Sequence record: NC_052991.1 | Direction: 5' to 3' (one strand) | Source: Serratia phage KpYy 1 41 | Length of the DNA stretch: 54,417 bases | Shown: in pieces, positions 1 to 9,308 of the stretch | How the letters are laid out: every line of letters starts with the position of its first letter | Numbering within the stretch: position 1 is the stretch's first letter | Notes under the pieces: model-generated | Databases searched by the model: none | What the model was told of the DNA's origin: nothing | What the model saw: only the letters and a program-made list of their open reading frames with translations | Program-made: the position numbers and the translations under genes

Positions 1-244
1 AAAGGTATAAAGTGAAATAGTACGCATGATTAAGCCCCTTGTAACAGAAGAGTGAAAAAATTATTTGAACAGCCGATCAAACGGCCCGTTTTACGCTCGC
101 GTAAATAAAACGTTTTACGCCCGAAAGAATAACGGCGCTCAACCTTACAGCGACGCCACACCGCCCGCGCGTCGTGATATATAACAGCCGCAATTATTGA
201 ATAACCGATCAAGATAATAGCCATTAACATGACGCGCCCCCGGA

Positions 245-784
245 TTAATTAGCTTTCAGTGTGAACAGGCGATCGCCGTCGTACAGTTGCACATAGTCCG
301 CGATTTTCCAGCCTAAGAGATCGCCACCTTCGCGGCATATTTCATTAATACGGTCTAACATGATGCCCGCCGCATAACGTGCGTTTGCCTGAATATCTGA
401 CCCGTCGGCGACGCGCGGAGAATAATTAACCTTGATCCCGCGCGGCACTAACCACGAATAAGCGCGCATGTATGCCGGGCCTTTGTTTGTTGCCGGGCAA
501 AACTTAACAGTGATTGACATATGAGCGGGCGCGACTTCTGGCACATAACCAATAATAAACGTCCAGCCGTTATCTTTACCACGCACGCCCGGCACGGATG
601 GCGCACTATTCACGATCCCCCATTCCATCGAGCGGCCTTTATTCAGTTTAATGATTAGCTTTTCAGCGGCGGCGCGGTGATTTTGCTCACTGGATAACGC
701 CGCGTCATATTCTGAACGCGTCCAGCCATTCCACGACGTCGCAACGATTTTCCCGTTATGGTATTTGGTGTTAATGGTTTGCAT
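245..784 (-). CDS. hypothetical protein (179 aa)
   Basis: Long ORF with no antisense competitor. It lies downstream of a minus-strand promoter of the conserved phage family. No recognisable motif. Confidence 0.5.
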   Translation of the reverse strand: MQTINTKYHNGKIVATSWNGWTRSEYDAALSSEQNHRAAAEKLIIKLNKGRSMEWGIVNSAPSVPGVRGKDNGWTFIIGYVPEVAPAHMSITVKFCPATNKGPAYMRAYSWLVPRGIKVNYSPRVADGSDIQANARYAAGIMLDRINEICREGGDLLGWKIADYVQLYDGDRLFTLKAN

Positions 785-802
785 AGTGATCCCCTTATTA
801 AA

Positions 803-1060
803 TTAGATGTTACGTGTAAAATCAGCGGTGAAAATTTCGCGTCCATACTTCTGATAAATGACGCGTAATAAATCGGCATCATTCAAAATATCGGCGTCGG
901 TGAATTCCTTCCCCCATGAAAAAGAAAGCGTGCTCACCCGGTTAACGTGGATCGTGCTATGCAGTTCAACCGTTGCCGTGCCGCTTTCGTCGCGCTTAAT
1001 AACGATTGATAACCAATGTTGCAACGTCTGACCCTTGATCGCGTTGTATACCTTTTCCAT
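803..1060 (-). CDS. hypothetical protein (85 aa)
   Basis: First ORF downstream of the minus-strand promoter at about 1125-1157, with a UUCG-hairpin leader. Confidence 0.45.
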   Translation of the reverse strand: MEKVYNAIKGQTLQHWLSIVIKRDESGTATVELHSTIHVNRVSTLSFSWGKEFTDADILNDADLLRVIYQKYGREIFTADFTRNI

Positions 1061-1124
1061 CGTGACACCTCATAAAGTTGGTTTATCGCCGGGACTTTTT
1101 GCCCCGTCCCCCGAAGGGAATTTA

Positions 1125-1157
1125 AATGTAATTGATATACGCGGCGTGCGTCAAATC
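1125..1157 (-). promoter_or_regulatory. sigma70-like promoter, minus strand, member of the conserved phage promoter family
   Basis: The reverse complement reads TTGACG-cACGcCGCGTaTAtcAA-TTACAT. It has the same 17-nt spacer core (ACGyCGCGTrTA) as the four plus-strand promoters. Confidence 0.45.
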
Positions 1158-1461
1158 TTTTTTCATATTATTTGAGTAACCGCACATAAAAGCGCCACCG
1201 ATCGCCACGCCGGGCCGCATTGCACCGCCACGCCCCACGGCCCCCCGCCCCGGCACACCGCCAAACGGCACGCGGCGCCACGTCCTAAACCTTTGAATTC
1301 TATACGAAAAACCGACGCCAACCGGGCCAAAACAGGCCGATCGGCGCGTAGGTTAAACCATTGATTTATAACGATTTGTACGAAATTCCGCCAAAAACGA
1401 CAACCGCCCACAACGGCAGGCCGCGCCGGGCCTGACTTTCTCTATAAAAATTCCCGACGGG

Positions 1462-1702
1462 CTTACTTGAAAAAGTTACCCGGTTGAAAAATTTTGAACA
1501 ACGCGGCCCGTTCTTACTTCAAAAACCTGCCCGGCTGACGGTTTTGTCCACCAGCGCCGGGGCAATTTCACCCGGCCGCCGGGCTTACTTGAAAAACCTG
1601 TCCGGTTGTCGTTGCGACGTTCCGCGCTTACTTGAAAAAGCTACCCGGTTGAAGCCCTGCGGCCCGGCCACCCGCCTTACTTCAAAAAGTCATCCGGCTG
1701 AA
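1462..1702. repeat. array of five about 27-bp direct repeats (iterons)
   Basis: Consensus CTTACTT(G/C)AAAAA(G/C)yTryCCGGyTG. Copies start near 1462, 1513, 1584, 1627 and 1676, and the array sits in non-coding DNA just upstream of the first early promoter. Candidate origin of replication or regulator binding array. Confidence 0.6.
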
Positions 1703-1750
1703 ACTAAACTGGAGTGTCACCCGGTCATCATAATTACTGGATGAAATGAA

Positions 1751-1779
1751 TTGACATACGTCGCGTGTAGAACTATTGT
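1751..1779 (+). promoter_or_regulatory. early promoter P1 (TTGACA-N17-TATTGT) with conserved spacer
   Basis: The sequence reads TTGACAtACGTCGCGTGTAgAACtATTGT. Four near-identical copies occur in the window, each ahead of a plus-strand gene block. Confidence 0.6.
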
Positions 1780-1821
1780 TCTCCGAACGTAACATTTAAC
1801 GAACCAACTGGAGCCATCCCA

Positions 1822-2193
1822 ATGAGCAAAGAACTAAGCCCGGCCGAACTGACTGGCGCAATGATGACGACCGAGCCGGATGTTGAACTGCCGTCACGCG
1901 TGCGCGTGTACAGCGTCGTGGGGAACCTCATTGCGCTGGAAGTCGGTGGCGTGTACACCCTGTCCCAAGAACTCCCGCTTGACCGTACGCTTTCGCAGGT
2001 ACAGGACGAGGCCAATGCCCTCAAAGCGAAGATGCGGGCCAGCCTTAATTCTTCCATCCGGAACGCCATGAAACATCACGGACAACGGTTCAGCATGGAA
2101 TCCGCACTGGTGACTTACCCGTCTGGCCGCATGTTCATTCAGGCCGTCGTAACCTGTACGGCCACCGACGTTTCGGACGACGACGAAGTTTAA
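1822..2193 (+). CDS. hypothetical early protein ending in the acidic tail DDDEV
   Basis: A GGAG-type RBS precedes the ATG. It is the first gene after P1. Its C-terminus ...SDDDEV matches the tail shared by seven other proteins in the window. Confidence 0.6.
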   Translation: MSKELSPAELTGAMMTTEPDVELPSRVRVYSVVGNLIALEVGGVYTLSQELPLDRTLSQVQDEANALKAKMRASLNSSIRNAMKHHGQRFSMESALVTYPSGRMFIQAVVTCTATDVSDDDEV

Positions 2194-2264
2194 AAACGTA
2201 GGACGGCACGCCTGAAAAATGGCGTACCACCCTTTTGACCTGACACCCTATAGGACGCACACCG

Positions 2265-2705
2265 ATGAAAACAACGCACCACCCTATTGAACTGAGTCCG
2301 GTACGCGACATTGCCCGTACGGCCTTTATCTATAAGAAGCCCGGCCAAAAAGAGGGCGAGATCTACATCGAGAAGGACAACGGTGACACCGAGATCGCCA
2401 CCCCCCTGACCCGCGCGGACGCCATCGCATTGATCGCCGGACTGCGTGCCGCCTTCGACCTTCCGGACGAGAACGCCGAGAAGGTAGAACTGCTACAGCG
2501 CCGCCTCGACCAGACCCAAGACCATATCGAAAGCATTTCGCTGGTCACTGCGGCCAACATCATGTTCGAGAATGGCCTGCGCACCGCCGTGCTGACGCCG
2601 TCCCGTCTGATCACCGGGCAGATGCCTGAACTGGAAATCGACGCGACTCGCCCGGACACCATCACCTACCGTCTGAAAGAGGAACCGCTCAATGCAGCCG
2701 ACTAA
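2265..2705 (+). CDS. hypothetical protein (146 aa)
   Basis: ORF in the early operon. Confidence 0.5.
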   Translation: MKTTHHPIELSPVRDIARTAFIYKKPGQKEGEIYIEKDNGDTEIATPLTRADAIALIAGLRAAFDLPDENAEKVELLQRRLDQTQDHIESISLVTAANIMFENGLRTAVLTPSRLITGQMPELEIDATRPDTITYRLKEEPLNAAD

Positions 2706-3027
2706 TACCGCGTTGATGGTGAACAACGCCATGCACCCGAAAGGCCGCATCGACGTCGTCCCGGCGTTCCGCGCTATCGAACGGATCTACAGCGTGACCA
2801 TCCATGCCACGCACACCGGGATCAAGGTGTCGTCGGCCACGAATCACCGCGTGACCTTCTATCAGTCTGGCGACCCGGCCATCGCGAAGCACGGCAAGGC
2901 ACGCGGCGCGGACGAATGTGCGGCCATGCGCATGTACATCGTGAAGTTTCTGGATTGGGCCATGACGAATATGCCATGCCCGGAAGTGCAGAATGTCGTC
3001 GTGGAGGTGGCTGGTGGAAGGCATTGA
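2692..3027 (+). CDS. hypothetical protein (111 aa)
   Basis: ORF overlapping the previous stop, typical of tight operon packing. Confidence 0.45.
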   Translation: MQPTNTALMVNNAMHPKGRIDVVPAFRAIERIYSVTIHATHTGIKVSSATNHRVTFYQSGDPAIAKHGKARGADECAAMRMYIVKFLDWAMTNMPCPEVQNVVVEVAGGRH

Positions 3028-3355
3028 ATTCGTTCGCGTGCAGTACCAAGAACTGCGCAAAGTCCGGTTAGACCAAATCACCTGCAAACTGTCTGCCCTT
3101 GAGACGTTTTTCAAGGACATGGAAGACGAGGTGCAGGCCCATAGTACCAAAATGCTCGACCTCGCCACGCTGGACAACGACGAGGCGGCGTATAACACGG
3201 TCAGCGACCAGTACGCTGAATCAATGGCGGGCCTTCGGGCGGCCAAAGAAGCACTACGCGCCGCGATGTTCCATGCAGCGCAATCCATGTACCACGGAGC
3301 ACCAGCCAATTTAATTAACGTAGGAGCCATAGAGCATGAAAATCAAGGGTTATGA
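2993..3355 (+). CDS. hypothetical protein (120 aa), start uncertain
   Basis: Continuous coding, but the 5' end overlaps the previous gene by about 35 nt. Confidence 0.35.
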   Translation: MSSWRWLVEGIEFVRVQYQELRKVRLDQITCKLSALETFFKDMEDEVQAHSTKMLDLATLDNDEAAYNTVSDQYAESMAGLRAAKEALRAAMFHAAQSMYHGAPANLINVGAIEHENQGL

Positions 3356-4409
3356 GAAAGCCATTATCTTGCACCTCGGCGCGCTGTACGACGCGGCCAA
3401 CGACGGTAACGAGAAGGTCAAGCCGCTGCACCGCCTGATCCTGAACCTGCCGAACGTTGACGAAGAGGCGGTGACGTCTTTCGCTAAAGGAGCGTTAAGC
3501 GATGCACTCGAAAAGCATGAAGTGTCAGATCCGCCGGAGGCGTCTTACAAGACAATGGGCTTTGCAGCGTACGGCGAAGAGGTTGACAGCAAATTCGCCC
3601 TCGCCATCCCCGGGACAAACGCCATCGTCTTCCAGATCGAGAAACGCGAACGTGTGTTGCCCGGCGTCAGCGTACGAAATGAAGTCGTGAAGCGCATGGC
3701 CGCGTTGCGGGAGAAAGAGATCGAGGGTTGGGAGCCGAACCGCAAGGATTGGGCGCAGATGAAGGACGACGTGGAAGCGGAAATGCTGAAATACGCGCCT
3801 ATCCGCCCGTCCCGCGTCAACGTCATCCTGTCCGCCCCGTTCGTGTACGTGTTCACGTCGAGCGCGAAGACGGCAGAAGAGTGCAGCGCGCTGATCCGTA
3901 CCGCGCTCGGCACATGGCCCGTCGAACACCTCCTGCCGAGCGAGTATGAGCTGCGCCAGTTAATGCAGCGCGCGGTTCTCGGCCAGCAGGACGGCATCAA
4001 GGGCGATGCGTTTATCCACCTGAAACACGACGACGGTGACGACGTCAAGATGAAGGACACGGACATCTTCAAAGACGAGTCGGTGGTTGACCTGCTGTCC
4101 CGTCACTGGACTGTCCGCGCGCTGGATCTCGAAGTCGATACGCAATGCCCGGGCATCGACACCGTGTACTTCCGCCTGTCCGACAAAGCCATCTTGTCCG
4201 GTATCCACATCGGCGAGGCCGACGTTGATGCGAACTACGACGCCACGCTCGAACGCTACGGCACCGACGGCGGCCAGTTCCTTACCATGATGGCTAACCT
4301 GTTCCAACTCGATAAGTCCCTGCGTGCGGTGATCAGCGTGCTGGACGAGGCCGGGCAGGTAGTCGAGTACACCGGAACGCTGAACGACGAAGACGACGAC
4401 GAGGTTTAA
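3336..4409 (+). CDS. RdgC-like recombination-associated protein with acidic DEV tail
   Basis: At 357 aa its length and several local patterns recall RdgC. Examples are ...RTALGTWPVEHLLP versus E. coli ...RKSLGSLPVVPL, and a C-terminal FLTMMANLFQ... block versus FILMTGELAALIQ. It ends NDEDDDEV. Confidence 0.45.
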   Translation: MKIKGYEKAIILHLGALYDAANDGNEKVKPLHRLILNLPNVDEEAVTSFAKGALSDALEKHEVSDPPEASYKTMGFAAYGEEVDSKFALAIPGTNAIVFQIEKRERVLPGVSVRNEVVKRMAALREKEIEGWEPNRKDWAQMKDDVEAEMLKYAPIRPSRVNVILSAPFVYVFTSSAKTAEECSALIRTALGTWPVEHLLPSEYELRQLMQRAVLGQQDGIKGDAFIHLKHDDGDDVKMKDTDIFKDESVVDLLSRHWTVRALDLEVDTQCPGIDTVYFRLSDKAILSGIHIGEADVDANYDATLERYGTDGGQFLTMMANLFQLDKSLRAVISVLDEAGQVVEYTGTLNDEDDDEV

Positions 4410-4411
4410 CA

Positions 4412-4645
4412 ATGGCCGCGACTACCGACAAAAGCGTGCGTGAAACTCACGAAAAACTTCTGCTTGGTATGAAGGACGGTGATTCGTTCTTTATCGAAGG
4501 CGTGAAGCCGCAGGATCTTGGCTATCTGCGTCGAATGGGCTATCGGCTTAACATCCGCCTGTCCATCCGGTTCACGTTGCAAGACCAGATCTACGGGAAG
4601 ATGGGTACCCGCGTTTACCGGGATAGAGCGGACAAAAAGGAGTAA
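4412..4645 (+). CDS. hypothetical protein (77 aa)
   Basis: ORF immediately after the previous stop. Confidence 0.45.
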   Translation: MAATTDKSVRETHEKLLLGMKDGDSFFIEGVKPQDLGYLRRMGYRLNIRLSIRFTLQDQIYGKMGTRVYRDRADKKE

Positions 4646-4649
4646 CGAA

Positions 4650-4925
4650 ATGGGAGCCTATGCCACGCCCCAAGTAGACCAATACTGGCAGGTCAAAACG
4701 ACAGGCCAGATCATGCTGATACGCCAGCCGGAGGATCATGTGTTCAGTCCGGAATGGCACCTGAACTACCGCCGGGTACGCCTGCTGCATCACCCGGAAT
4801 CCACCTGCGTCTTTGTCGAGGACTACGGCACCTGCCTGAGCGCGCTGGATGACCCATGCGTCATCGAACTGGACTTGAAGGAGTACAAATACTGGAATCT
4901 TATTTACAGTAACCCCGACATATGA
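4650..4925 (+). CDS. hypothetical protein (91 aa)
   Basis: The internal ATG is preceded by AGGAG. The longer ORF from 4518 overlaps the upstream gene and is probably not used. Confidence 0.45.
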   Translation: MGAYATPQVDQYWQVKTTGQIMLIRQPEDHVFSPEWHLNYRRVRLLHHPESTCVFVEDYGTCLSALDDPCVIELDLKEYKYWNLIYSNPDI

Positions 4926-5012
4926 TTAACTGCGGACTCGGCATAGTGCTTCCTTATCGGCTCCTGCGTTGTCCGCTTTAAGCCAGTGGTAATCTTCGGA
5001 TGCCACCTTCCA

Positions 5013-5048
5013 AAAGCCCGCAATCCCTTTACGCGGGCTTTCTTTTGC
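5013..5048 (+). terminator. rho-independent terminator
   Basis: GC stem AGCCCGC...GCGGGCT followed by TTCTTTTG, ending the first early operon. Confidence 0.55.
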
Positions 5049-5062
5049 CCCGAATAAAGTTA

Positions 5063-5091
5063 TTGACGTACGTCGCGTGTACGACTAATAT
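5063..5091 (+). promoter_or_regulatory. early promoter P2 (TTGACG-N17-TAATAT), conserved spacer
   Basis: The sequence reads TTGACGtACGTCGCGTGTAcgACTAATAT. Confidence 0.6.
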
Positions 5092-5120
5092 TCCCGTACC
5101 ATAACAAAGGAGTCATGCCG

Positions 5121-5861
5121 ATGAAGACCCACGTAATGAAATTCGTACCTTTCAACCAAGCGTTGATCGGGAAAGAAGTGCTGTACGTGTTCCCCCTGCC
5201 GTACGGGCCACGCTGCCTTGTCCGCACCAACGGAACCGACCTTGAAGTCGTTAACGCCGACACCACCGAAAACCTGACGGGCTTCGTCCCGGATCTCGAA
5301 GACCACATCCGCCGCCTGTACTCGGCCATGTTCAGCGAGCCTAACCCGAAATACACGCGGAACGGCGAACAGGTCGTGTTCCCGTTCATGGTGTTCGACG
5401 TCATCCTGCACGACCGTTCATCCACCAGCAACGACGACGGCAGCGCTGACGGCGTCATGGCGGCGCTGGAAGATTGGGACGACATTGGCGTACCCATGAA
5501 CGCAGAAAAGGCCGCCATGACGATCCTGTGCGCGATGCTGGACGAAGAATTCATCGCCGGGAAGACGGTTCACGATTTATGGTGGCAACGTGCATGGATT
5601 AAACGCGGGCTGGTGGCCTGCGGTCTGGCGAATCCGTACACCTACCCCCGTCCTCCGCTGAAATGGCTGACGCAGTCGCCTCGCGATTGGGCGTGGGAGA
5701 GCGGCGGCATCGCGTCAGACCTGCCGTCCGAGAATTGGGACATGATTTATAACGTGTTTCGCCGGAAGTACCGGGCGGCGCTTCTGGCCGACGTATGGCA
5801 GGGCTGGAAAGTCGGCGGCGGCGCGTTTCGTATTTTAACCGAAGGGGAAGTCGAGATATGA
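5121..5861 (+). CDS. hypothetical protein (about 246 aa)
   Basis: AAGGAG RBS. The second ATG was chosen because the first lies too close to the RBS. Confidence 0.5.
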   Translation: MKTHVMKFVPFNQALIGKEVLYVFPLPYGPRCLVRTNGTDLEVVNADTTENLTGFVPDLEDHIRRLYSAMFSEPNPKYTRNGEQVVFPFMVFDVILHDRSSTSNDDGSADGVMAALEDWDDIGVPMNAEKAAMTILCAMLDEEFIAGKTVHDLWWQRAWIKRGLVACGLANPYTYPRPPLKWLTQSPRDWAWESGGIASDLPSENWDMIYNVFRRKYRAALLADVWQGWKVGGGAFRILTEGEVEI

Positions 5862-6463
5862 GAATCGAAGCCACTGGCGGAAGCCATTTATCAGTCGTGC
5901 AGCATAGTGACCAATTCTATTGCCGGGACTGTCAGAAGACATGGGATGCGAATGACATCGACCCACCCCCATGCACCGCGCCGGAGTCCGACGCGCCGAA
6001 AGCAATGGCGACGACCACGCCTACCGGACGTCGCGTGTCGTCCAGCCCGGCTTTCGCCTATCCGTACGGCAGCCCGGCTACCGGGGAACGTCTGGCCGTG
6101 CCGCCAGTGCCGCCAGAATGGATCGAGCAGTACATGAGCGGCGTCGATAAGGTTGTGCCGTCCGTCGGCGCGTACGTGCTGTACACGGACAACGCGTCCA
6201 CGTTGGTCTATGCGCTCGACGCATTGCAGGCGATGGAATTTTTCATCAATACGATGGGTAACTGGATGACGGCCAGCCAGATGTACAGCATCAGCGTTGA
6301 CCGCATGAGCAGCATGGATCAATACGGTACCGGGCGCACGCCGCGCGTTGAAATGAATCCTCGCGTGATGGAGTCGGCCAGCCTCGCCAGATCGAACAGC
6401 GGCCGCCAGCACAAAATCGTCAACATCGTTGAATTCTCTAACATCTTAAAGGTATCCAAATGA
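5858..6463 (+). CDS. hypothetical protein (about 201 aa)
   Basis: Internal ATG forming an ATGA overlap with the upstream stop. The longer ORF from 5795 is probably not used. Confidence 0.45.
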   Translation: MRIEATGGSHLSVVQHSDQFYCRDCQKTWDANDIDPPPCTAPESDAPKAMATTTPTGRRVSSSPAFAYPYGSPATGERLAVPPVPPEWIEQYMSGVDKVVPSVGAYVLYTDNASTLVYALDALQAMEFFINTMGNWMTASQMYSISVDRMSSMDQYGTGRTPRVEMNPRVMESASLARSNSGRQHKIVNIVEFSNILKVSK

Positions 6464-7560
6464 GCGAACCAAAAGTCACTTACATCACCGACGACAAAAG
6501 CCTGAAAGACATCCTCGTCATGGCTATCGAGCAGGAAGGCGGCATATCCCCGAATCATATCCTGTGCGTGGCGCATAAATACCTTCTCGATAACTGCGGC
6601 GTTCCGGAAGGGAACATCCAGTCAGTCGATGAAGTCGAGGTGGACGGTGACGCGATGCCCCGGGAGATCCGCATTCACTGGACGCGGGTTAAACGTCCGT
6701 CCGCAGTTACGCCAACGGCCGCCGAAGTGACCGAGTGGGAGCGCGAGCAGTGCCAGCAGATCCTGAGCACCATCCTCGAAACGGTACGCGCCCGCGCTAA
6801 ATACGCGAAGATTGCAGGCACCACCAGCCTCGAACTGGCCGGGAGCCTCGCCATGCAGGACATCCAGCGCCTGACCGGACAGATGACCAGCGATGGCCTG
6901 CTGACGCTGAAAGACTTCGAACCGCTGCGCCTCGCCAACATCACGCCGGGCGAACTGGCCGCACTACGAGAAGCGCTGGATACCAAGACCCGCAGTCTCG
7001 ATACGGCTGAAAGTGCTGTCACCAGCCTGCAAATCCAGTTAGCTGAGGCCCACCGCCGACACGCTGACGATAACACCGAGCACGACAGGGAGATCACAAA
7101 GCTGCGCGCCACGGTTAAGTCACTACAAAATAACGTACGGTACACCCGACAGTCCGCCTCGGTTCGCGCGGCATGGGAAGAACTGGCGGCCATCGACCTT
7201 ACGGCCGCTCGCATGGTTGTCCTGTCCGCCTTCCACACATACCCGTTACAGGCGGCGGAATACCTCGAAATCCCGCACTATCGCATTGATGCAGATCTGG
7301 TAGTCGGGCTTCCGCCACAAGTAACGTCGTTCATCCATGCGATGTGCGATAACCTGCTGCTGTCACCGCCACCGAAGACGGTCACGCAGCAAATGGTCAA
7401 AGACATGACCAACCGCCTCCACTCCCTCGCGAGCACGTCCACGTTCAGCGGTCTGCGCCGCAAATATGCAGGCGGCCATTCGCTGACAATGATGTCGGAG
7501 GACAAATACGAAGCCTTCTACCGCGAGGCCGAAGACCTGCTTAACGGAGACACGTTTTAA
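6460..7560 (+). CDS. hypothetical protein with central coiled-coil-like segment (366 aa)
   Basis: ATGA overlap with the upstream gene and no antisense competitor. Confidence 0.5.
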   Translation: MSEPKVTYITDDKSLKDILVMAIEQEGGISPNHILCVAHKYLLDNCGVPEGNIQSVDEVEVDGDAMPREIRIHWTRVKRPSAVTPTAAEVTEWEREQCQQILSTILETVRARAKYAKIAGTTSLELAGSLAMQDIQRLTGQMTSDGLLTLKDFEPLRLANITPGELAALREALDTKTRSLDTAESAVTSLQIQLAEAHRRHADDNTEHDREITKLRATVKSLQNNVRYTRQSASVRAAWEELAAIDLTAARMVVLSAFHTYPLQAAEYLEIPHYRIDADLVVGLPPQVTSFIHAMCDNLLLSPPPKTVTQQMVKDMTNRLHSLASTSTFSGLRRKYAGGHSLTMMSEDKYEAFYREAEDLLNGDTF

Positions 7561-8246
7561 TGAGCCAGTATGTTGATGCACTCAACGCCATGAAAAACAT
7601 GGACGAGCATGAACCGAAGTGGATAGGCGACCAATGGCGTACGCCGGAATGGCTGTTCCAAGCGATTAACAAGCTGTACGGGCCAATCGTGCTCGACCTG
7701 TTCACCGACGGCCAGAACGCCAAATGCGAGCGATTCTTTACGGCGGAAGATAACGCGCTGCGGCAGGATTGGGCGAAGCGTCTGGCCGAGATCCACGCCA
7801 GCGACGAATTCGACGCCAAGACCCGAGTTTGGGCCTACGCTAACCCGCCGTACAGCCAGAAGCGCGCCGGGAAAGAACCGCTTACCGGGATGACCCACAT
7901 CATGCGCAAGGCCGATGAAGAACGGGCCAAAGGCGCTGGCACCATCTGGCTGACCAAGTCCGCGACATCGGAAAGCTGGTGGCCGGACGCTATCGCCACG
8001 CGCACCATCTTCATCAAAGGGCGCATCGGGTTCGAACCGCCAGTCTGGTTCCGGCCGAAGGAAGGCAGCAGCGAAATCACGTCGGCCGGGTTCGGCGCGG
8101 CCATCCATATCTTCGACCCGGAGAGTGACCGCATCTTCCCTAACGAGTACATCGATCGCGAAACACTACTGGAAATCGGCGCACCACTGGCTAACGTATC
8201 CGTCAAGATCCGGAACCGCTGGATCAAGATGTGGGACGAGATTTAA
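7560..8246 (+). CDS. DNA N6-adenine methyltransferase, phage Dam family
   Basis: N-terminal W..PEWLF..I.KLYGPIVLDLFTD and the catalytic motif AYANPPYS (NPPY) are typical of the phage N-6-adenine methyltransferase family. Confidence 0.7.
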   Translation: MSQYVDALNAMKNMDEHEPKWIGDQWRTPEWLFQAINKLYGPIVLDLFTDGQNAKCERFFTAEDNALRQDWAKRLAEIHASDEFDAKTRVWAYANPPYSQKRAGKEPLTGMTHIMRKADEERAKGAGTIWLTKSATSESWWPDAIATRTIFIKGRIGFEPPVWFRPKEGSSEITSAGFGAAIHIFDPESDRIFPNEYIDRETLLEIGAPLANVSVKIRNRWIKMWDEI

Positions 8247-8257
8247 AGAAAGCGTTT

Positions 8258-8286
8258 GACATACGCGACATGTGTAATTAATATTA
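8258..8286 (+). promoter_or_regulatory. early promoter P3 (TTGACA-N17-TAATAT), conserved spacer variant
   Basis: The sequence reads TTGACAtACGCGACATGTGTAaTTAATAT. It is followed by a leader hairpin CTCCCG...CGGGAG plus TTTTT. Confidence 0.55.
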
Positions 8287-8323
8287 CTCCCGACGGTAAA
8301 TCAACCAACGGGAGTTTTTCATT

Positions 8324-9298
8324 ATGGTAGACGTGAAGAAAGAGCGCGGTCTGAAAAAGACCAGCAGCGAGAAGTTTGAAGAAGCCATCCTCAACGCGCT
8401 GAACATGGACAGTTTTGACTACGAGGACGACGGCGATATGCGCGACCACGCAGTGAAGATTATCAATGACCTGCAATCCTCTCCGAAAAGCAAGGATCAG
8501 TACGACGCCGAGGATTTCCGCAAGGCCGTGCTGGCGCAGTTAGGGTTAGACCAAGCCGGATACGCCACGCCATTGATCATGAAGGAGCACGTTCTTGGCC
8601 TGATTCAGTCGCTGCTCGATACCGAACAGAAATACCTGAAACTGCCGAAAGGCAAGACAGACCCGACTGTCACGGTATTCCATCTGGAGCGGCCAGCGTT
8701 GAGCCAACCCACGGCGGAAATCTGCGAACAGGTCTTCGGATACATGCTGGATCGTCTGATTCAGTTCGAGCGCAAAAACCCGGGACTGGAATTGGGATGG
8801 ATGCAGCCGGACTGGCCGAAGCAATGTTCTGACGCCATCCGCCGCTGTCTTGAAGAGAATCAGTACATAGACGCGATGAATTACATCATGTTCGCCTTCG
8901 CGCAGGGATGGCCGCTTGATGAAGCCCTCGTCACGCCGAAAGCCGTTGCACCGTCGGCCGCCCGGTCATGGCAGTACGAATTCCGTAACGTCAAAGACAG
9001 CAACGATTATTCCGAATTAGTCAAAGTGCTGCATGATGCGCTGACGCAAGCCGCGTATGGTAAAGGGCGGGAACGCCACGCAAACGACCTGCCTTTCCAC
9101 CAGCAGCCGATGAACGCTATTTCCGACCTGATCGGTAGCCCGCTCGGCTTGGTATATCAGGTGTGCAAGAAGGTCGTAGAAGGCGTCAACCTGCCAACGC
9201 ATGACCAAAGGGTTAGGGAGTTGCTCGGCGTGATCAATTATACTGCCGGGATTGTCATCTGGCTAAATCGCCACCAATCAAATCCACCGAAGGAATAA
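8324..9298 (+). CDS. hypothetical protein (324 aa)
   Basis: ORF after P3. Confidence 0.5.
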   Translation: MVDVKKERGLKKTSSEKFEEAILNALNMDSFDYEDDGDMRDHAVKIINDLQSSPKSKDQYDAEDFRKAVLAQLGLDQAGYATPLIMKEHVLGLIQSLLDTEQKYLKLPKGKTDPTVTVFHLERPALSQPTAEICEQVFGYMLDRLIQFERKNPGLELGWMQPDWPKQCSDAIRRCLEENQYIDAMNYIMFAFAQGWPLDEALVTPKAVAPSAARSWQYEFRNVKDSNDYSELVKVLHDALTQAAYGKGRERHANDLPFHQQPMNAISDLIGSPLGLVYQVCKKVVEGVNLPTHDQRVRELLGVINYTAGIVIWLNRHQSNPPKE

Positions 9299-9308
9299 AG
9301 GGGCCACC

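Noticed and set aside
30-230. 66-aa minus-strand ORF with N-terminal hydrophobic segment
   Set aside because: It could be a small membrane protein at the end of the minus-strand mini-operon. It lies in an A/T-rich region with direct repeats (CGTTTTACGC twice) and could equally be non-coding, so it is left uncalled.
1163-1411. 82-aa minus-strand ORF in the GC-rich region
   Set aside because: Arg/Gly/Ala-rich translation typical of a spurious ORF in GC-rich non-coding DNA. It lacks an RBS and contains short DNA repeats.
1462-1702. Possibility that the direct repeats are a CRISPR array
   Set aside because: Repeat spacing is irregular (43-71 bp), the repeats are degenerate, there are no cas genes, and the context is a promoter-proximal phage control region.
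1484-1744. 86-aa plus-strand ORF
   Set aside because: It lies entirely within the iteron array, its reading frame is a by-product of the repeats, and it has no RBS. Regulatory DNA is more likely than a gene.
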